Assembly: GCA_943788405.1 (NCBI GenBank)
Contig: CALSQD010000002.1
Coordinates: 1,133,701-1,197,700 of the forward strand
Length of the DNA stretch: 64,000 bases
Direction: 5' to 3'
Source: an uncultured Flavobacteriales bacterium
Lineage (GTDB): Bacteria > Bacteroidota > Bacteroidia > Flavobacteriales > BACL11
In this document: piece by piece, positions 37,290 to 47,540 of the stretch
How the letters are laid out: each line of letters opens with the position of its first letter
How positions within the stretch are numbered: position 1 is the stretch's first letter
Notes under the pieces: generated by a model
Seen by the model: only the letters and a program-made list of their open reading frames with translations
What the model was told of the DNA's origin: nothing
Database searches by the model: none
Made by a program: the position numbers and the translations under genes

Positions 37290-38584
37290 ATATCCAAACC
37301 TTTTCTAAATTTAAAGTAAACAGCACTATTTAAAGCAAAGGCAAACCAAAATGGTAGATATGCAAAAGATCCAAATTGTATTACACAAGTTATTGCTAGA
37401 AAAAAATTTGACAGAAAAAACAGCTTGTATTTTGGTAAATAATTAATATTATATTTTAAGTACCTTAATTGTAAAAATAAGAAGGTCATAAACAGTAAAA
37501 CTCCTATAATTCCTGTCTCTGAAAATATTTTTGAATATAGGTTTTTTGGATCAGCACTTACTGTCTTAATATCTCCAACAACCTCTTCAAAGTGAGAATA
37601 CTTTATAGATATAGTGCTTATGTGAGAGTTAAATGATTCTGCATAACCACCTAATCCCACACCAAAAGGATTATTCCAAAAAATAAAAAACCCAAGAGCT
37701 GGATAAACAATTCGAATAAATGTTGAGCCGTCTAATGATAAAATTTTTGAAAAAGACTGAGCATCTACAAATTTATATAACCTTGATATCTGATAGCCTG
37801 ATTCGGTATTAAGAACAAGCAGTATTAATAAAGGAATTATCATTACAGATATTAATCCATATAAATAATATTTTAATCTATACTTAAAAAAAAGTAATTT
37901 AATCAAAACTGGGAAAAACCTAAACATTAGTGCAAAACCTAATATAGCAAACCCTTCTAATGAAAAAATTAATAAAAATAACAGAAATAAAATATAGAAT
38001 GATAAATAAAAGTACCCATTCTTACAATAGTGATAAACATAAATAGGAATTGAAAAAATTATAATTTTTGCGGCCCATGAACCTTCCATAGTAATAAGCT
38101 GTATTCTACTACTAACCTTACCTGAGAACACTTCACCAATAAATAACTTAATAGAATATGGAATTAAGTTTTTCATAGCTAAAATCTCTATAATTCCAAG
38201 AATTGCTATAAAGACAAATAATTTCGTTAATTTATTGAAAACAGTAATTACTTTAGTTCTTTGGAAATAATAATTTATACCTATATATGAGAAAAAACCT
38301 AATAGCAATGGCACAATAGCCCTAAGAGAGGTTAAAAAAGGCTGCAGAATTAGAGAGTGTACTACAGAAAAGAGAACAAAGAGTGATAATATTAATATAT
38401 CCTTTTTTACTTTAGACCTTGCAATATACTTTAGATATACGAAAACTGAAACAGGAAAAAGAAAGAATACACTAATAGGTCTATAATCAGAAGGCATGAC
38501 AGGAAGACTCATAAATGGAATCAATAATATCCCACACAAAAGCATTGTATGTAAAGGATTATTTATCTTGCTTGAGGAATTCAT
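37286..38584 (-). CDS. O-antigen polymerase/ligase-family (Wzy_C-like) polytopic membrane protein
   Basis: About 10-12 hydrophobic helices. Has a larger loop with NNPFGVGLGGYAESF. Sits in a glycosyltransferase operon with 4-nt overlaps on both sides. Confidence 0.65.
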   Translation of the reverse strand: MNSSSKINNPLHTMLLCGILLIPFMSLPVMPSDYRPISVFFLFPVSVFVYLKYIARSKVKKDILILSLFVLFSVVHSLILQPFLTSLRAIVPLLLGFFSYIGINYYFQRTKVITVFNKLTKLFVFIAILGIIEILAMKNLIPYSIKLFIGEVFSGKVSSRIQLITMEGSWAAKIIIFSIPIYVYHYCKNGYFYLSFYILFLLFLLIFSLEGFAILGFALMFRFFPVLIKLLFFKYRLKYYLYGLISVMIIPLLILLVLNTESGYQISRLYKFVDAQSFSKILSLDGSTFIRIVYPALGFFIFWNNPFGVGLGGYAESFNSHISTISIKYSHFEEVVGDIKTVSADPKNLYSKIFSETGIIGVLLFMTFLFLQLRYLKYNINYLPKYKLFFLSNFFLAITCVIQFGSFAYLPFWFAFALNSAVYFKFRKGLDI

Positions 38585-39759
38585 ATTACCTTATTATACA
38601 CTTTGATATATTGATCTACAATATTATCTGCAGTTAGAGTTTTTGCTTTTTCAATACAATTTTCTTTCATACCTTCAATTACATTTCTATTATCAATAAA
38701 ATAGTTTATCTTATCAATAAATTCCTTTTCTGATTTAAACAAAAATCCAGTTTTATTATTGTCAACTATTTCAGTTAACCCCCCCTTTTCAGAAGCAATA
38801 ACAGGGACACCATAAGCATATCCTTCAGCAACAACTCTACCAAAAGGTTCATTCCACAATGCAGGATGAATAAGAACATCTACCTTTTTAAAAAAATCTT
38901 CAGGTTTAACAAAACCAACAAAATCAACTCTATCATCTAAATACTTTTCTTTTAGTCCTTCTATATAATTAGGCTCATTTTCTTGACCTGCTAACAGTAA
39001 CTTCACATTCTTATTATTTATTTTTTGAAAAGATCTCAACAACAACTCAACCCCTTTTATTGATGAGATTAAGCCAAAATACCCAAAAACAAGGTTTTTA
39101 TTTTTATCTTTAATGAAATTCTTATCTATTTTTTCTATTGGATTATAGATGTAATCTTTTACTATAGAATCATTAAAATACTCATATTTTAAGTGACTGT
39201 CTAAAATAAACTTACTTACTCCTATAACAGCATCAACTTTCTGAGAAATTATTTTCTTATTGTATGTGTAAATTTTACATTCCTCACACTGTCTATTGCA
39301 AGATTGATCATTTTTCAACATCTTAGAAGTTGCGCATATGGAATAATAATCCCTTATAGTATGAACCAATGGTATATCTAATTTTTTTATACTATTCCAT
39401 ACACTAACAGAAAATCCACCTATATTATTAGTATGACAAATATCAGGGTTCTCTTTTAATAATATCTTTCCTATTTTAGCTGCAGTAAAAAAATTATAGT
39501 AATCAATAGCTCTCCATAAAGTTCGATTTAAAGTATTCTGACTATTGGCTTCATATCTCCAAAAAATATTTGGTATATGTACATAATATACCTTTACACC
39601 ATTTACTATATCCTCTTCATCTTTATTACCCGTAGAAATGACAACAACATCAAAACCTTTTTTAAGTAATGTTTCAGCTAGAATCTGGGTAGATATTTCT
39701 GCGCCACCTAATATATATGGGTAATAAAGCGTATTAAAAAGAATGATTTTATTAATCAT
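38581..39759 (-). CDS. Glycosyltransferase family 4
   Basis: GGAEISTQILAETL.KKGFDV N-terminal motif. C-terminal HPALWNEPFGRVVAEGYAYGVPVIASEKGGLTEIV (E-x7-E). Confidence 0.8.
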   Translation of the reverse strand: MINKIILFNTLYYPYILGGAEISTQILAETLLKKGFDVVVISTGNKDEEDIVNGVKVYYVHIPNIFWRYEANSQNTLNRTLWRAIDYYNFFTAAKIGKILLKENPDICHTNNIGGFSVSVWNSIKKLDIPLVHTIRDYYSICATSKMLKNDQSCNRQCEECKIYTYNKKIISQKVDAVIGVSKFILDSHLKYEYFNDSIVKDYIYNPIEKIDKNFIKDKNKNLVFGYFGLISSIKGVELLLRSFQKINNKNVKLLLAGQENEPNYIEGLKEKYLDDRVDFVGFVKPEDFFKKVDVLIHPALWNEPFGRVVAEGYAYGVPVIASEKGGLTEIVDNNKTGFLFKSEKEFIDKINYFIDNRNVIEGMKENCIEKAKTLTADNIVDQYIKVYNKVI

Positions 39760-40763
39760 ATTGTTTTACCTAATTTATTGTTTAGTCCATCTTTGATTGC
39801 TTTCCTAAATATATTATATTGACTTTTATTTTCATCTCGTTTATACAAAAATAGAATTAATAAAAATAATCTCAGATGAAGACTATAAAGCATATTATTT
39901 GTTAAAAGGTTCTTTTCAAAATCCACTCTATTTCTTACACTATAATAAACTCTAAAATGATTTCCATAGTTTAAAAAAGAATAAAACGGAGAGGCGGGTT
40001 TTTCTTTTAAACTCCAAGACGTATCAATATCTTCAATAACACTATCTAAAACAATATATATACCACCTCTACATTGTGTAATTCTATAACTCCAATCATG
40101 ATCATCAGAGTATAAAAAATAATCCTCATTTGGATAGCCTATTTCTAATATAATATTTTTATGAAAAAACATACCACCATATGGAGCTACAGATACGATA
40201 CCACTTCTTACCTTTATATCATCAACAAATGTTTTAACACCCAATTTTCTTTTAATTAGTTTTAATACTTTTCTTGGCAAATCAACTATATGAAACCCCA
40301 GAAAGCTATTATCCCTACCCAAAACAAGCTCAGGATTATTAGCCATAACTGCCTCTTTGTAAGCAATTCTATCGTTTCTATAAGCTAATAATGAGATCTT
40401 CTCATTTTTATCTTTCCTATCCAAACTATTCCAATAGTCCCTCAATACATTTAACGATTCCTTTTGTGGTTGATTATCATCATCTAAAAGCCAAATAAAT
40501 TCACAAGCCGTATCATTATAAGCTTCTTCTAGTCCTCTTTTAAATCCACCTGCTGAACCATAATTTTTATCAAGGTAAGAAACTTTTAGCTTATCAGGAC
40601 CCAACTCTTTCTCATAAACTTTTAATTGCGCTTTACTTTCAGTAGTCGAATCATTATCTATCACAATAATCTTTTGCACACCTTCACTAAAAGCACTTTC
40701 AATCACTTCTTTAAGAAAGTGAAAGCGATTACCGTAGGTAACTATTACTGCAAATACTTTCAT
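39756..40763 (-). CDS. Glycosyltransferase family 2
   Basis: VFAVIVTYGNRFHFLKEVIESA...KIIVIDNDS and WLLDDDNQP (DxD region). Confidence 0.8.
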   Translation of the reverse strand: MKVFAVIVTYGNRFHFLKEVIESAFSEGVQKIIVIDNDSTTESKAQLKVYEKELGPDKLKVSYLDKNYGSAGGFKRGLEEAYNDTACEFIWLLDDDNQPQKESLNVLRDYWNSLDRKDKNEKISLLAYRNDRIAYKEAVMANNPELVLGRDNSFLGFHIVDLPRKVLKLIKRKLGVKTFVDDIKVRSGIVSVAPYGGMFFHKNIILEIGYPNEDYFLYSDDHDWSYRITQCRGGIYIVLDSVIEDIDTSWSLKEKPASPFYSFLNYGNHFRVYYSVRNRVDFEKNLLTNNMLYSLHLRLFLLILFLYKRDENKSQYNIFRKAIKDGLNNKLGKTI

Positions 40764-40770
40764 TACTTAA

Positions 40771-41658
40771 TTACTTTTCATTTAACCAAACATCCAAGTT
40801 CCTTTGAATAAGAATTTCTAATTCTCTAATATCATTCAAAAAATATTTATCATTAATATATCGCGCAAATTCAGGTGACAATTTATCTCTTTTTTCTGGA
40901 AATTGATTAAATCGTTCAATGTAACTCATTAGCCTACTTCTATCTTTTACATCTGGAAATAAAATTTTTGCAATTAATTTAAAAACTTTATTAGGTCTAT
41001 ATCTTAAATCACGCAAAAATTTAAATTTATAATTGAAACTTACATTACTTTTTTTGCTTTTATTTAAATTAATCTCATGGACTCCTAAAAAATTAAATAA
41101 TTTATTTATTGATAAGTCCTGATTCTTAATAATATCTTTTTCAAAAATCATAAAAAACATATTTTCTTTTTTAAAATATCTTAGATATTCATTAATCTGC
41201 TTAGAATAATAGCCTCTATCAATATAACTTAGATGATTTTTACAAAATTCGTTTTCACCAATTCTTTCTTCTTCTACTTTAATAGCTTCTTTGAATGGAA
41301 TAGTTTCATGCCCTCTAACAAAACTCATATTGTAATGAGAATATGCCCTGTATGCAGGATTTCTAAGTAAAAATATAATTTTAACTTCACTCCCTAAAGT
41401 TTCAAAAATCCTTTTCGGAACTTTTTTAAAGTACAAATACTCAGGATCAACCTCCCCAAATATCTGATTTTTATTACATCTTTTATAGTAGTTATATAAA
41501 TAATAATTCTTACCTTTTTTATACTCATTATCATCAAAAAAGAACTTTGTTTCTTTTTCTTTTGGCAAAAATAATAGAGGATGTTCATTTAAGATATCAT
41601 GTAAAGTTGTTGTTCCCGCTTTTTGAGCTCCAACACAAATAAAATTCGGTATTCTCAT
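40771..41658 (-). CDS. Sulfotransferase (PAPS-dependent family) embedded in the glycan locus
   Basis: Canonical 5'-PSB loop ICVGAQKAGTTTLHDIL and 3'-PB motif IFLLRNPAYRAYSHY. Confidence 0.8.
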   Translation of the reverse strand: MRIPNFICVGAQKAGTTTLHDILNEHPLLFLPKEKETKFFFDDNEYKKGKNYYLYNYYKRCNKNQIFGEVDPEYLYFKKVPKRIFETLGSEVKIIFLLRNPAYRAYSHYNMSFVRGHETIPFKEAIKVEEERIGENEFCKNHLSYIDRGYYSKQINEYLRYFKKENMFFMIFEKDIIKNQDLSINKLFNFLGVHEINLNKSKKSNVSFNYKFKFLRDLRYRPNKVFKLIAKILFPDVKDRSRLMSYIERFNQFPEKRDKLSPEFARYINDKYFLNDIRELEILIQRNLDVWLNEK

Positions 41659-41659
41659 T

Positions 41660-42988
41660 TCAATACAACTTTATTGTTAAAAATTTATATTTATGATTTA
41701 TGTATAACATACTAGTTATATTTAAAAATATTAATGCACTAATAGTAGCTAAAGCTACACCAATCATACCATATTCCTCTGCCAATAAATAATTTAATGT
41801 AAGATTTATTATAACAGCTATTATAGTTATGTAATAATATATGTTTTGTTTACCTGTCATATTTAATATATGACCAACTGACCCGCAAATTGAGTGGAAA
41901 AACTGTCCAACCAAAAGTATCCAAAGAGCATTGACTCCTGCTTTAAAATCTTCACCAAAAATACCTAAAATAAAATCAGGAAAAAGTGCAAGTCCTAATA
42001 TAATTGGAAGTGAGCTTAACAACATCATCTTTGTAGAACTTTGAGCTATACACTTTAGACCTTCCATATCGCCTTTACTATATAACTCAGAAAATTTTGG
42101 AGCTGCTATAGTGTTTATTGCCACAAGTGATATACTTGTAATAGCTGCAAGTTTTACCGCAACACTATAGACACCTACTTCTATTTGATTAGTAAAGACT
42201 CCTAGCATAATAATATCTGTCCAACCCATAACTAAAGCCATAGAGGAAGTTAAAAGCATAGGAAAAGACACCTTTAATACGTCTTTATATTTTAACATAT
42301 TAGTTGAGATAATTTGAAACACATAAGTATGTTTCTTTAGATACATAAAACTGAACACCATCATAACACATATAGCCAAACATTGTGCTATAATTGTAAT
42401 GCTACTATTATAGTCTTGCGTACTAACTAATAAAAGTATTACAACACTAACTAAATATATTCCAACATTCTGGAAAAGGGAGTAGAGTTTTATATTTTTT
42501 AAACCTCTAAACACTGCAGCATTTATACGTAACAACACGAATGGAGTTATAGCAAATGCTATTATTTGGAGAAACAACTCCAAAGCCTCACTATTAAAAA
42601 TTGTAACTGCAAAAAAATTAGCATTATAATATAGCGAAATAGAAAGTATTAGGGTCAAAGGCATAGTTATATAAAGAGATTTCCCGTATATCTCTTTTAC
42701 TAAATATTGCTTATCATTGCTATTATAATCTGCAATAAACTTAACTAAAGAATGATCAAAACCAAATATACCAACAGTTACAAATATATTAAGAATAGTG
42801 ACTGACAATGCAAACAAACCCATAGTATCAGCACCATACCATCTAGCAATAATGAAAGTAAAGATATAGCCGAGTCCCATACCAATAATTCTAAATAAAA
42901 AAGCTATAGAAGAGCCTTTTAAAATCTCTTTCAAATGTATGTCATTTGAAAATTTAGATTTAAATCTAGATATTAAATTATTTTGCAT
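41660..42988 (-). CDS. wzx: Wzx-type oligosaccharide flippase (MOP superfamily)
   Basis: 442 aa with about 12 TM helices. N-terminal LKGSSIAFLFRIIGMGLGYIFTFIIARWYGADTMGLFAL is typical of polysaccharide biosynthesis flippases. Confidence 0.75.
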   Translation of the reverse strand: MQNNLISRFKSKFSNDIHLKEILKGSSIAFLFRIIGMGLGYIFTFIIARWYGADTMGLFALSVTILNIFVTVGIFGFDHSLVKFIADYNSNDKQYLVKEIYGKSLYITMPLTLILSISLYYNANFFAVTIFNSEALELFLQIIAFAITPFVLLRINAAVFRGLKNIKLYSLFQNVGIYLVSVVILLLVSTQDYNSSITIIAQCLAICVMMVFSFMYLKKHTYVFQIISTNMLKYKDVLKVSFPMLLTSSMALVMGWTDIIMLGVFTNQIEVGVYSVAVKLAAITSISLVAINTIAAPKFSELYSKGDMEGLKCIAQSSTKMMLLSSLPIILGLALFPDFILGIFGEDFKAGVNALWILLVGQFFHSICGSVGHILNMTGKQNIYYYITIIAVIINLTLNYLLAEEYGMIGVALATISALIFLNITSMLYINHKYKFLTIKLY

Positions 42989-43957
42989 TTAATCTATTAA
43001 ATCATCAAATTTAAATTCCAAACTACTTTCTTTATTTGCAAAGAAATTATACAATTTATTAAAAAGTGGTAATTCTTTTGCCACATCTTCTTCTATCAGA
43101 TCATGAAACATCTCTATAGCATTCAACCCCTCCAATATCACAGAATTTGATTTATAATCTGCACTAAAAAAACCTTTTCCAATCAATAGTCCTAAAGTTC
43201 TATTTCTACTCAAATCATTCAATGAAGTCAAACATAAGTCTCCAAAACCACAAGCCAGAAATAAAGTATCATCTGCACCACCAAGAGATCTTAATAAAAT
43301 CCTAGCTTCACTAAAAGCTTTTGTCAAAATCATAAAACGGGTATTTGGAGAATTGTATTTTGCATCAACAACTCCCAAAACTAAAGCATAAATATTTTTC
43401 AATACACTTAAAACCTCAACACCTCTTATATCTGTTGTGCAATCAATATGCAATGATGTTCCTTCAATTATTGTTCGTATTTTTTGATACTGAATATTTG
43501 TAGTATAACCCAAGGTTAGCAAAGTATCAGCATGTTCCATTACTTCAACAGCAAATGAAGGCCCTTTAAGCGTTACTATATTATTTATTTCCAAGTTTTC
43601 TTGAATGCTTTCTACAATAGTTACTCCATTAGCTAGCAATCCTTTGGATAAATTAACTAATAAAACTCCCTCTTTAAAATATGACTTAAGGAGTTCTAAA
43701 TTCTCAATAATAACTGATGATGGCAAAGCAATAAAAATAACATCTGCTTTTTTTATATCATTTTTATCAGAAGTTGCTGAAAGAAACTTTGTTAAATGCT
43801 TATTTGGAAAACAAGATTTATTTGTTTGAAATTGATTTATCTCATCAACTTTTTGTTGATTTCTTGAGAATAAAACAACATTATTTGCAGTATTTACTGA
43901 AAGTTCATTTGCAATTGCAGTTCCAAAAGTTCCTGCACCAAGTACTAAAATATTCAT
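42989..43957 (-). CDS. NAD(P)H-dependent glycerol-3-phosphate dehydrogenase (GpsA) homolog located inside the glycan operon
   Basis: By eye it aligns along its length with GpsA: ILVLGAGTFGTAIA, KGPSFAVEV, GVEVLSVLKNIYAL, GFGDLCLTSLNDLSRNRTLGLLIGKG, ILEGLNAIE. Confidence 0.7.
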   Translation of the reverse strand: MNILVLGAGTFGTAIANELSVNTANNVVLFSRNQQKVDEINQFQTNKSCFPNKHLTKFLSATSDKNDIKKADVIFIALPSSVIIENLELLKSYFKEGVLLVNLSKGLLANGVTIVESIQENLEINNIVTLKGPSFAVEVMEHADTLLTLGYTTNIQYQKIRTIIEGTSLHIDCTTDIRGVEVLSVLKNIYALVLGVVDAKYNSPNTRFMILTKAFSEARILLRSLGGADDTLFLACGFGDLCLTSLNDLSRNRTLGLLIGKGFFSADYKSNSVILEGLNAIEMFHDLIEEDVAKELPLFNKLYNFFANKESSLEFKFDDLID

Positions 43958-43975
43958 ACTACAAAAATATAAGGA

Positions 43976-45829
43976 TTACACTACTTCTGATGTGTATCCA
44001 TCAACATATTTCAACAAAAGCTCTTTAACAACCTTTTCATCTTGATTTTCTCTAGCAGACCTTACAACTTCTACACAACTCAAAATCTGATCAAAGGTTA
44101 ATTTTGATTCTTTTGCCTGCATTATTCTTGGATGTTCTGATTGAACGACATCATTTCCTATCAATAACTCTTCATATAATTTCTCCCCAGGTCGTAAGCC
44201 TGTAAACTCAACTCTAATATCACCATCAGGATTTTCAATATCAATTGGAGTAAGTCCACTTAAATGTATCATTTTGTAAGCTAAATCAATAATTTTGATA
44301 GGCTCTCCCATATCTAAAACAAAAACATCCCCTCCTTTTGCCATAGCTCCAGCTTGTAAAACTAGTTCAACTGCTTCAGGAATTGACATAAAGTAGCGGG
44401 TAATATTTCTATGGGTAACCGTTACAGGCCCCCCCTCTTTTATCTGAGTTCTAAATAAAGGAACAACAGAGCCAGCAGAGTCCAAGACATTTCCAAACCG
44501 TACCATTGAAAAACATGTTTTACTTTTATCCGAAAATGCTTGCAAAATCAACTCTGACATTCGTTTAGAAGCTCCCATAACATTAGTAGGGCGAACAGCT
44601 TTATCAGTAGATACCAACACCATACTTTCTACTCCCAACTCATCAGCAGCTTTAGCTACATTATAAGTTCCCACTACATTATTATGAGTTCCTGAAACAA
44701 TATTCATTTCTACCATTGGCACATGTTTATAAGCAGCAGCATGATAAATAGTATGTATTTTATGTTGTTGAATAATCTTACTAAGCTGATGATAATTTGT
44801 CACTGTACATAAAGACGGTACAATCTCAACATTCAAGCCTTTTCCTACTAGTTCAAGGTGAATGTTATATAAGTTAAACTCAGAATTATCCATTAAAACA
44901 ACTTTTACAGGTCTTAACTTCATTATCTGCCTTGAAAGCTCTGACCCAATACTACCGCCAGCTCCAGTAACTAAAATATTTTTTCTTGAAATATTTCTAG
45001 TTAATAATTTCTTTTTTGGTTTTACTGAGCTTCTACCTAAAATATCCCCAACTTCAACATGCCTAATATTATCTATAGAAATTACTCCATTTACTACATT
45101 ATCAATAGAAGGTAAAACCTTAACCTCAATAGGAAATTTAGTCAATTTCTTCAAAATTTGTGTTCTTTGCTTTTGGGTTGCTGAAGGCACAGCAAACAAT
45201 AAAACTTGTGCCTCTTTCTTCTTTATTAACTCCGCAATCTTATCAAAAGCAAATACCTCAACATAATTTAATATTGTCCCTTGCTTTGCTTTATCATCAT
45301 CAATAAAAGCAATTGGCGCATAAACAGCACTTTTCTTAAGGCTCTCTACCAACTGAATACCAGCATTACCAGCACCATAAATCACAGTTTGTTTTCTAGC
45401 ATTCACAAAACTATCCCAAGAATACAAATAGCCTTTAAGTAAGAATCTAGAGGTAATGATGAAGACATTTGTTATAAACCAAAAAATTGGCAACACTGAC
45501 CTTGGCAAATCATCCTCTCTAAAGAACATCATAAAGAAACCAATAATCAAACAACTGATTGTAGTTGCTTGAAAAGTAGTAGTTATAACCTTAATCCCTA
45601 TATATTGCAAGACAGCTCTATACAATCCTAATCTTATAAACAATGGAACAGTAACAATAGGTAAGGCTAAAAACACCCACCAAGAATTAAAAATATAGTC
45701 CGTAGGGAAAAAATCTCCTAAGCGCAAAACAAAAGAAAGCCATAAGGAAGTGAGTAATGTTAGCACATCAACACAAATCATAATGAGTTGCTTATAGAAT
45801 CTTTGAAGTTTTTGTAATCTAAGCTTCAT
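43976..45829 (-). CDS. Membrane-anchored UDP-HexNAc 4,6-dehydratase (CapD/WbpM/PglF family)
   Basis: Four N-terminal TM helices. Two Rossmann segments (YGAGNAGIQL; VTGAGGSIGSEL). YHAAAYKHVP and GASKR catalytic motifs. Confidence 0.85.
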   Translation of the reverse strand: MKLRLQKLQRFYKQLIMICVDVLTLLTSLWLSFVLRLGDFFPTDYIFNSWWVFLALPIVTVPLFIRLGLYRAVLQYIGIKVITTTFQATTISCLIIGFFMMFFREDDLPRSVLPIFWFITNVFIITSRFLLKGYLYSWDSFVNARKQTVIYGAGNAGIQLVESLKKSAVYAPIAFIDDDKAKQGTILNYVEVFAFDKIAELIKKKEAQVLLFAVPSATQKQRTQILKKLTKFPIEVKVLPSIDNVVNGVISIDNIRHVEVGDILGRSSVKPKKKLLTRNISRKNILVTGAGGSIGSELSRQIMKLRPVKVVLMDNSEFNLYNIHLELVGKGLNVEIVPSLCTVTNYHQLSKIIQQHKIHTIYHAAAYKHVPMVEMNIVSGTHNNVVGTYNVAKAADELGVESMVLVSTDKAVRPTNVMGASKRMSELILQAFSDKSKTCFSMVRFGNVLDSAGSVVPLFRTQIKEGGPVTVTHRNITRYFMSIPEAVELVLQAGAMAKGGDVFVLDMGEPIKIIDLAYKMIHLSGLTPIDIENPDGDIRVEFTGLRPGEKLYEELLIGNDVVQSEHPRIMQAKESKLTFDQILSCVEVVRSARENQDEKVVKELLLKYVDGYTSEVV

Positions 45830-46952
45830 ATAATTCTTTAATTTTATTGACTACTCTTTCTAAATCCTTTTTAGTCATATTAGTCCCTGATGGCAAGCAA
45901 ATCCCTCTATTAAACAAATCTTCTGAATTACCATTCACATATGCTTTACAGTCCTCAAAAACAGGCTGTAAATGCATAGGTTTCCAAAGTGGGCGACTTT
46001 CAATATTATCTTTTTCTAGATGTAAACGAAACTGTTCTCTATCTATTGTTGAGTTTTCTGATAAAAGTATAGTTGTTAGCCAAAAATTGGAGAATCTATC
46101 TTCACTTTCTTCTAAAAAACTAATTTCTTTAATAGCTGATAATTCCTTTTTATAAAATGATTTTATTGCTCTTTTCTTAAATATTCTATCTTCTAGAACT
46201 TCTAATTGACCTAAGCCAATCCCAGCACAAACATTACTCATTCTATAATTATACCCTATTTCTGAATGTTCATAATGCGGTTTATCATCTCGAGCTTGAG
46301 TTGCTAAGAATTTTGCTTTTGCAATTAACCCCTCATCTTCACTAACTAAAGCTCCACCACCAGATGTTGTAATTATTTTATTACCATTAAAAGAATAAAT
46401 TCCAAATAACCCAAAAGTTCCCAGTGGCTGATCTTCATAAGTAGAACCTAATGCTTCAGCAGCATCTTCTATCAAAGGAATATCATACTTGATTGAAAGC
46501 TGTTGAATATCATTCATCTTAGCTGGCATTCCATAAAGGTGAACTATAATAATAGCTTTTGGTTTTTTACCTAAAGCAATACAATCTATAATTGCTTGCT
46601 CTAACAGTTCCGGACACATGTTCCAACTCTCTATCTCACTATCAATAAATACAGGGTTAGCCCCAAGATATTTAACAGGATTAGCTGATGCTGAAAATGT
46701 AAATGATGAACATAATACATCATCCCCTTCTAAAACTCCTGCCAAAATTAGGGCCAAATGAATAGCAGCTGTACCACTACTTAAAGCTGCAACACTATAG
46801 CCATTTGATAAATCAGAAAGATTTTTCTCAAATTTTTGAATATGTGGTCCAACAGGAGCAATCCAGTTTGTATCAAATGCTTCTTTAACATATTGCCATT
46901 CATTACCACCCATATGGGGGGATGATAGCCATATTTTATTTTTATTACTCAT
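45819..46952 (-). CDS. DegT/DnrJ/EryC1/StrS-family PLP sugar aminotransferase (PglE/WbpE-like)
   Basis: IWLSSPHMGGNE..YV.EAFDTNWIAP.GP....FE; SGTAAIHLAL; SFNGNKIITTSGGGAL (PLP-Lys); NYRMSN..A.IGL.QL. Confidence 0.85.
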   Translation of the reverse strand: MSNKNKIWLSSPHMGGNEWQYVKEAFDTNWIAPVGPHIQKFEKNLSDLSNGYSVAALSSGTAAIHLALILAGVLEGDDVLCSSFTFSASANPVKYLGANPVFIDSEIESWNMCPELLEQAIIDCIALGKKPKAIIIVHLYGMPAKMNDIQQLSIKYDIPLIEDAAEALGSTYEDQPLGTFGLFGIYSFNGNKIITTSGGGALVSEDEGLIAKAKFLATQARDDKPHYEHSEIGYNYRMSNVCAGIGLGQLEVLEDRIFKKRAIKSFYKKELSAIKEISFLEESEDRFSNFWLTTILLSENSTIDREQFRLHLEKDNIESRPLWKPMHLQPVFEDCKAYVNGNSEDLFNRGICLPSGTNMTKKDLERVVNKIKELYEA

Positions 46953-47540
46953 TTAATAAGATGTTCTAAATATAGTGGCAAAGATAATCTTAATGTCAAC
47001 CCAAAGGTTATTATTATAGTAATAATCTAGGTTAAGCCTAACTTTTTCAGGATATATTACATCATTATTGTATTTAACTGGATTCTCTTGTTCAGCTAAA
47101 ATTACTTCTTCATTAGCAAACTTTAAACTTGCCGCACCAGTAATTCCAGGCCTAAGAAATAATATTTTTCTTTGCTCTCCCTTTAATTGATCTGCATACC
47201 CTGGTACATCTGGCCTTGGACCAACTAAACTCATATCTCCTAATAGTACATTGAAAAGCTCAGGTAGTTCATCTATTTTATATTTCCTTAGAATAACCCC
47301 TAGTTTTGTAATTCTAACATCTCCTTTTACTGATACTGTAGAAGAAGAGGCCTGATAAACAGACATGCTCCTAAATTTCACCATCCTAAAAAGAATTCCA
47401 TTCCTTCCCACTCTCTCTTGAATGAACAATATAGGCCCTTTTGAAGTTAACTTAATTAATATTGCAATAATAAGTAATACTGGACTAAAAAAAAGTAACC
47501 CAAAAAGCGAACAACTAAAATCAAATATTCTTTTTATCAT
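46953..47540 (-). CDS. Small monotopic phosphoglycosyltransferase (PglC/WbqP-C-terminal type initiating sugar transferase)
   Basis: IKRIFDFSCSLFGLLFFSPVLL...SKGPILFIQERVG..G..F.M.KFRSM...D.RITK.G..LRKYKIDELPELFNVLLGDMSLVGPRP...RPGITGAASL. Confidence 0.85.
   Translation of the reverse strand: MIKRIFDFSCSLFGLLFFSPVLLIIAILIKLTSKGPILFIQERVGRNGILFRMVKFRSMSVYQASSSTVSVKGDVRITKLGVILRKYKIDELPELFNVLLGDMSLVGPRPDVPGYADQLKGEQRKILFLRPGITGAASLKFANEEVILAEQENPVKYNNDVIYPEKVRLNLDYYYNNNLWVDIKIIFATIFRTSY

Noticed and set aside
41394-41588. 64-aa ORF in another frame on the same strand within the sulfotransferase gene. Similar ones occur at 31017-31199, 51141-51338, 52710-52916 and 59407-59592.
   Set aside because: They are out-of-frame overlaps with well-supported genes. 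They are short, Lys/Ile/Leu-rich and have no independent evidence.
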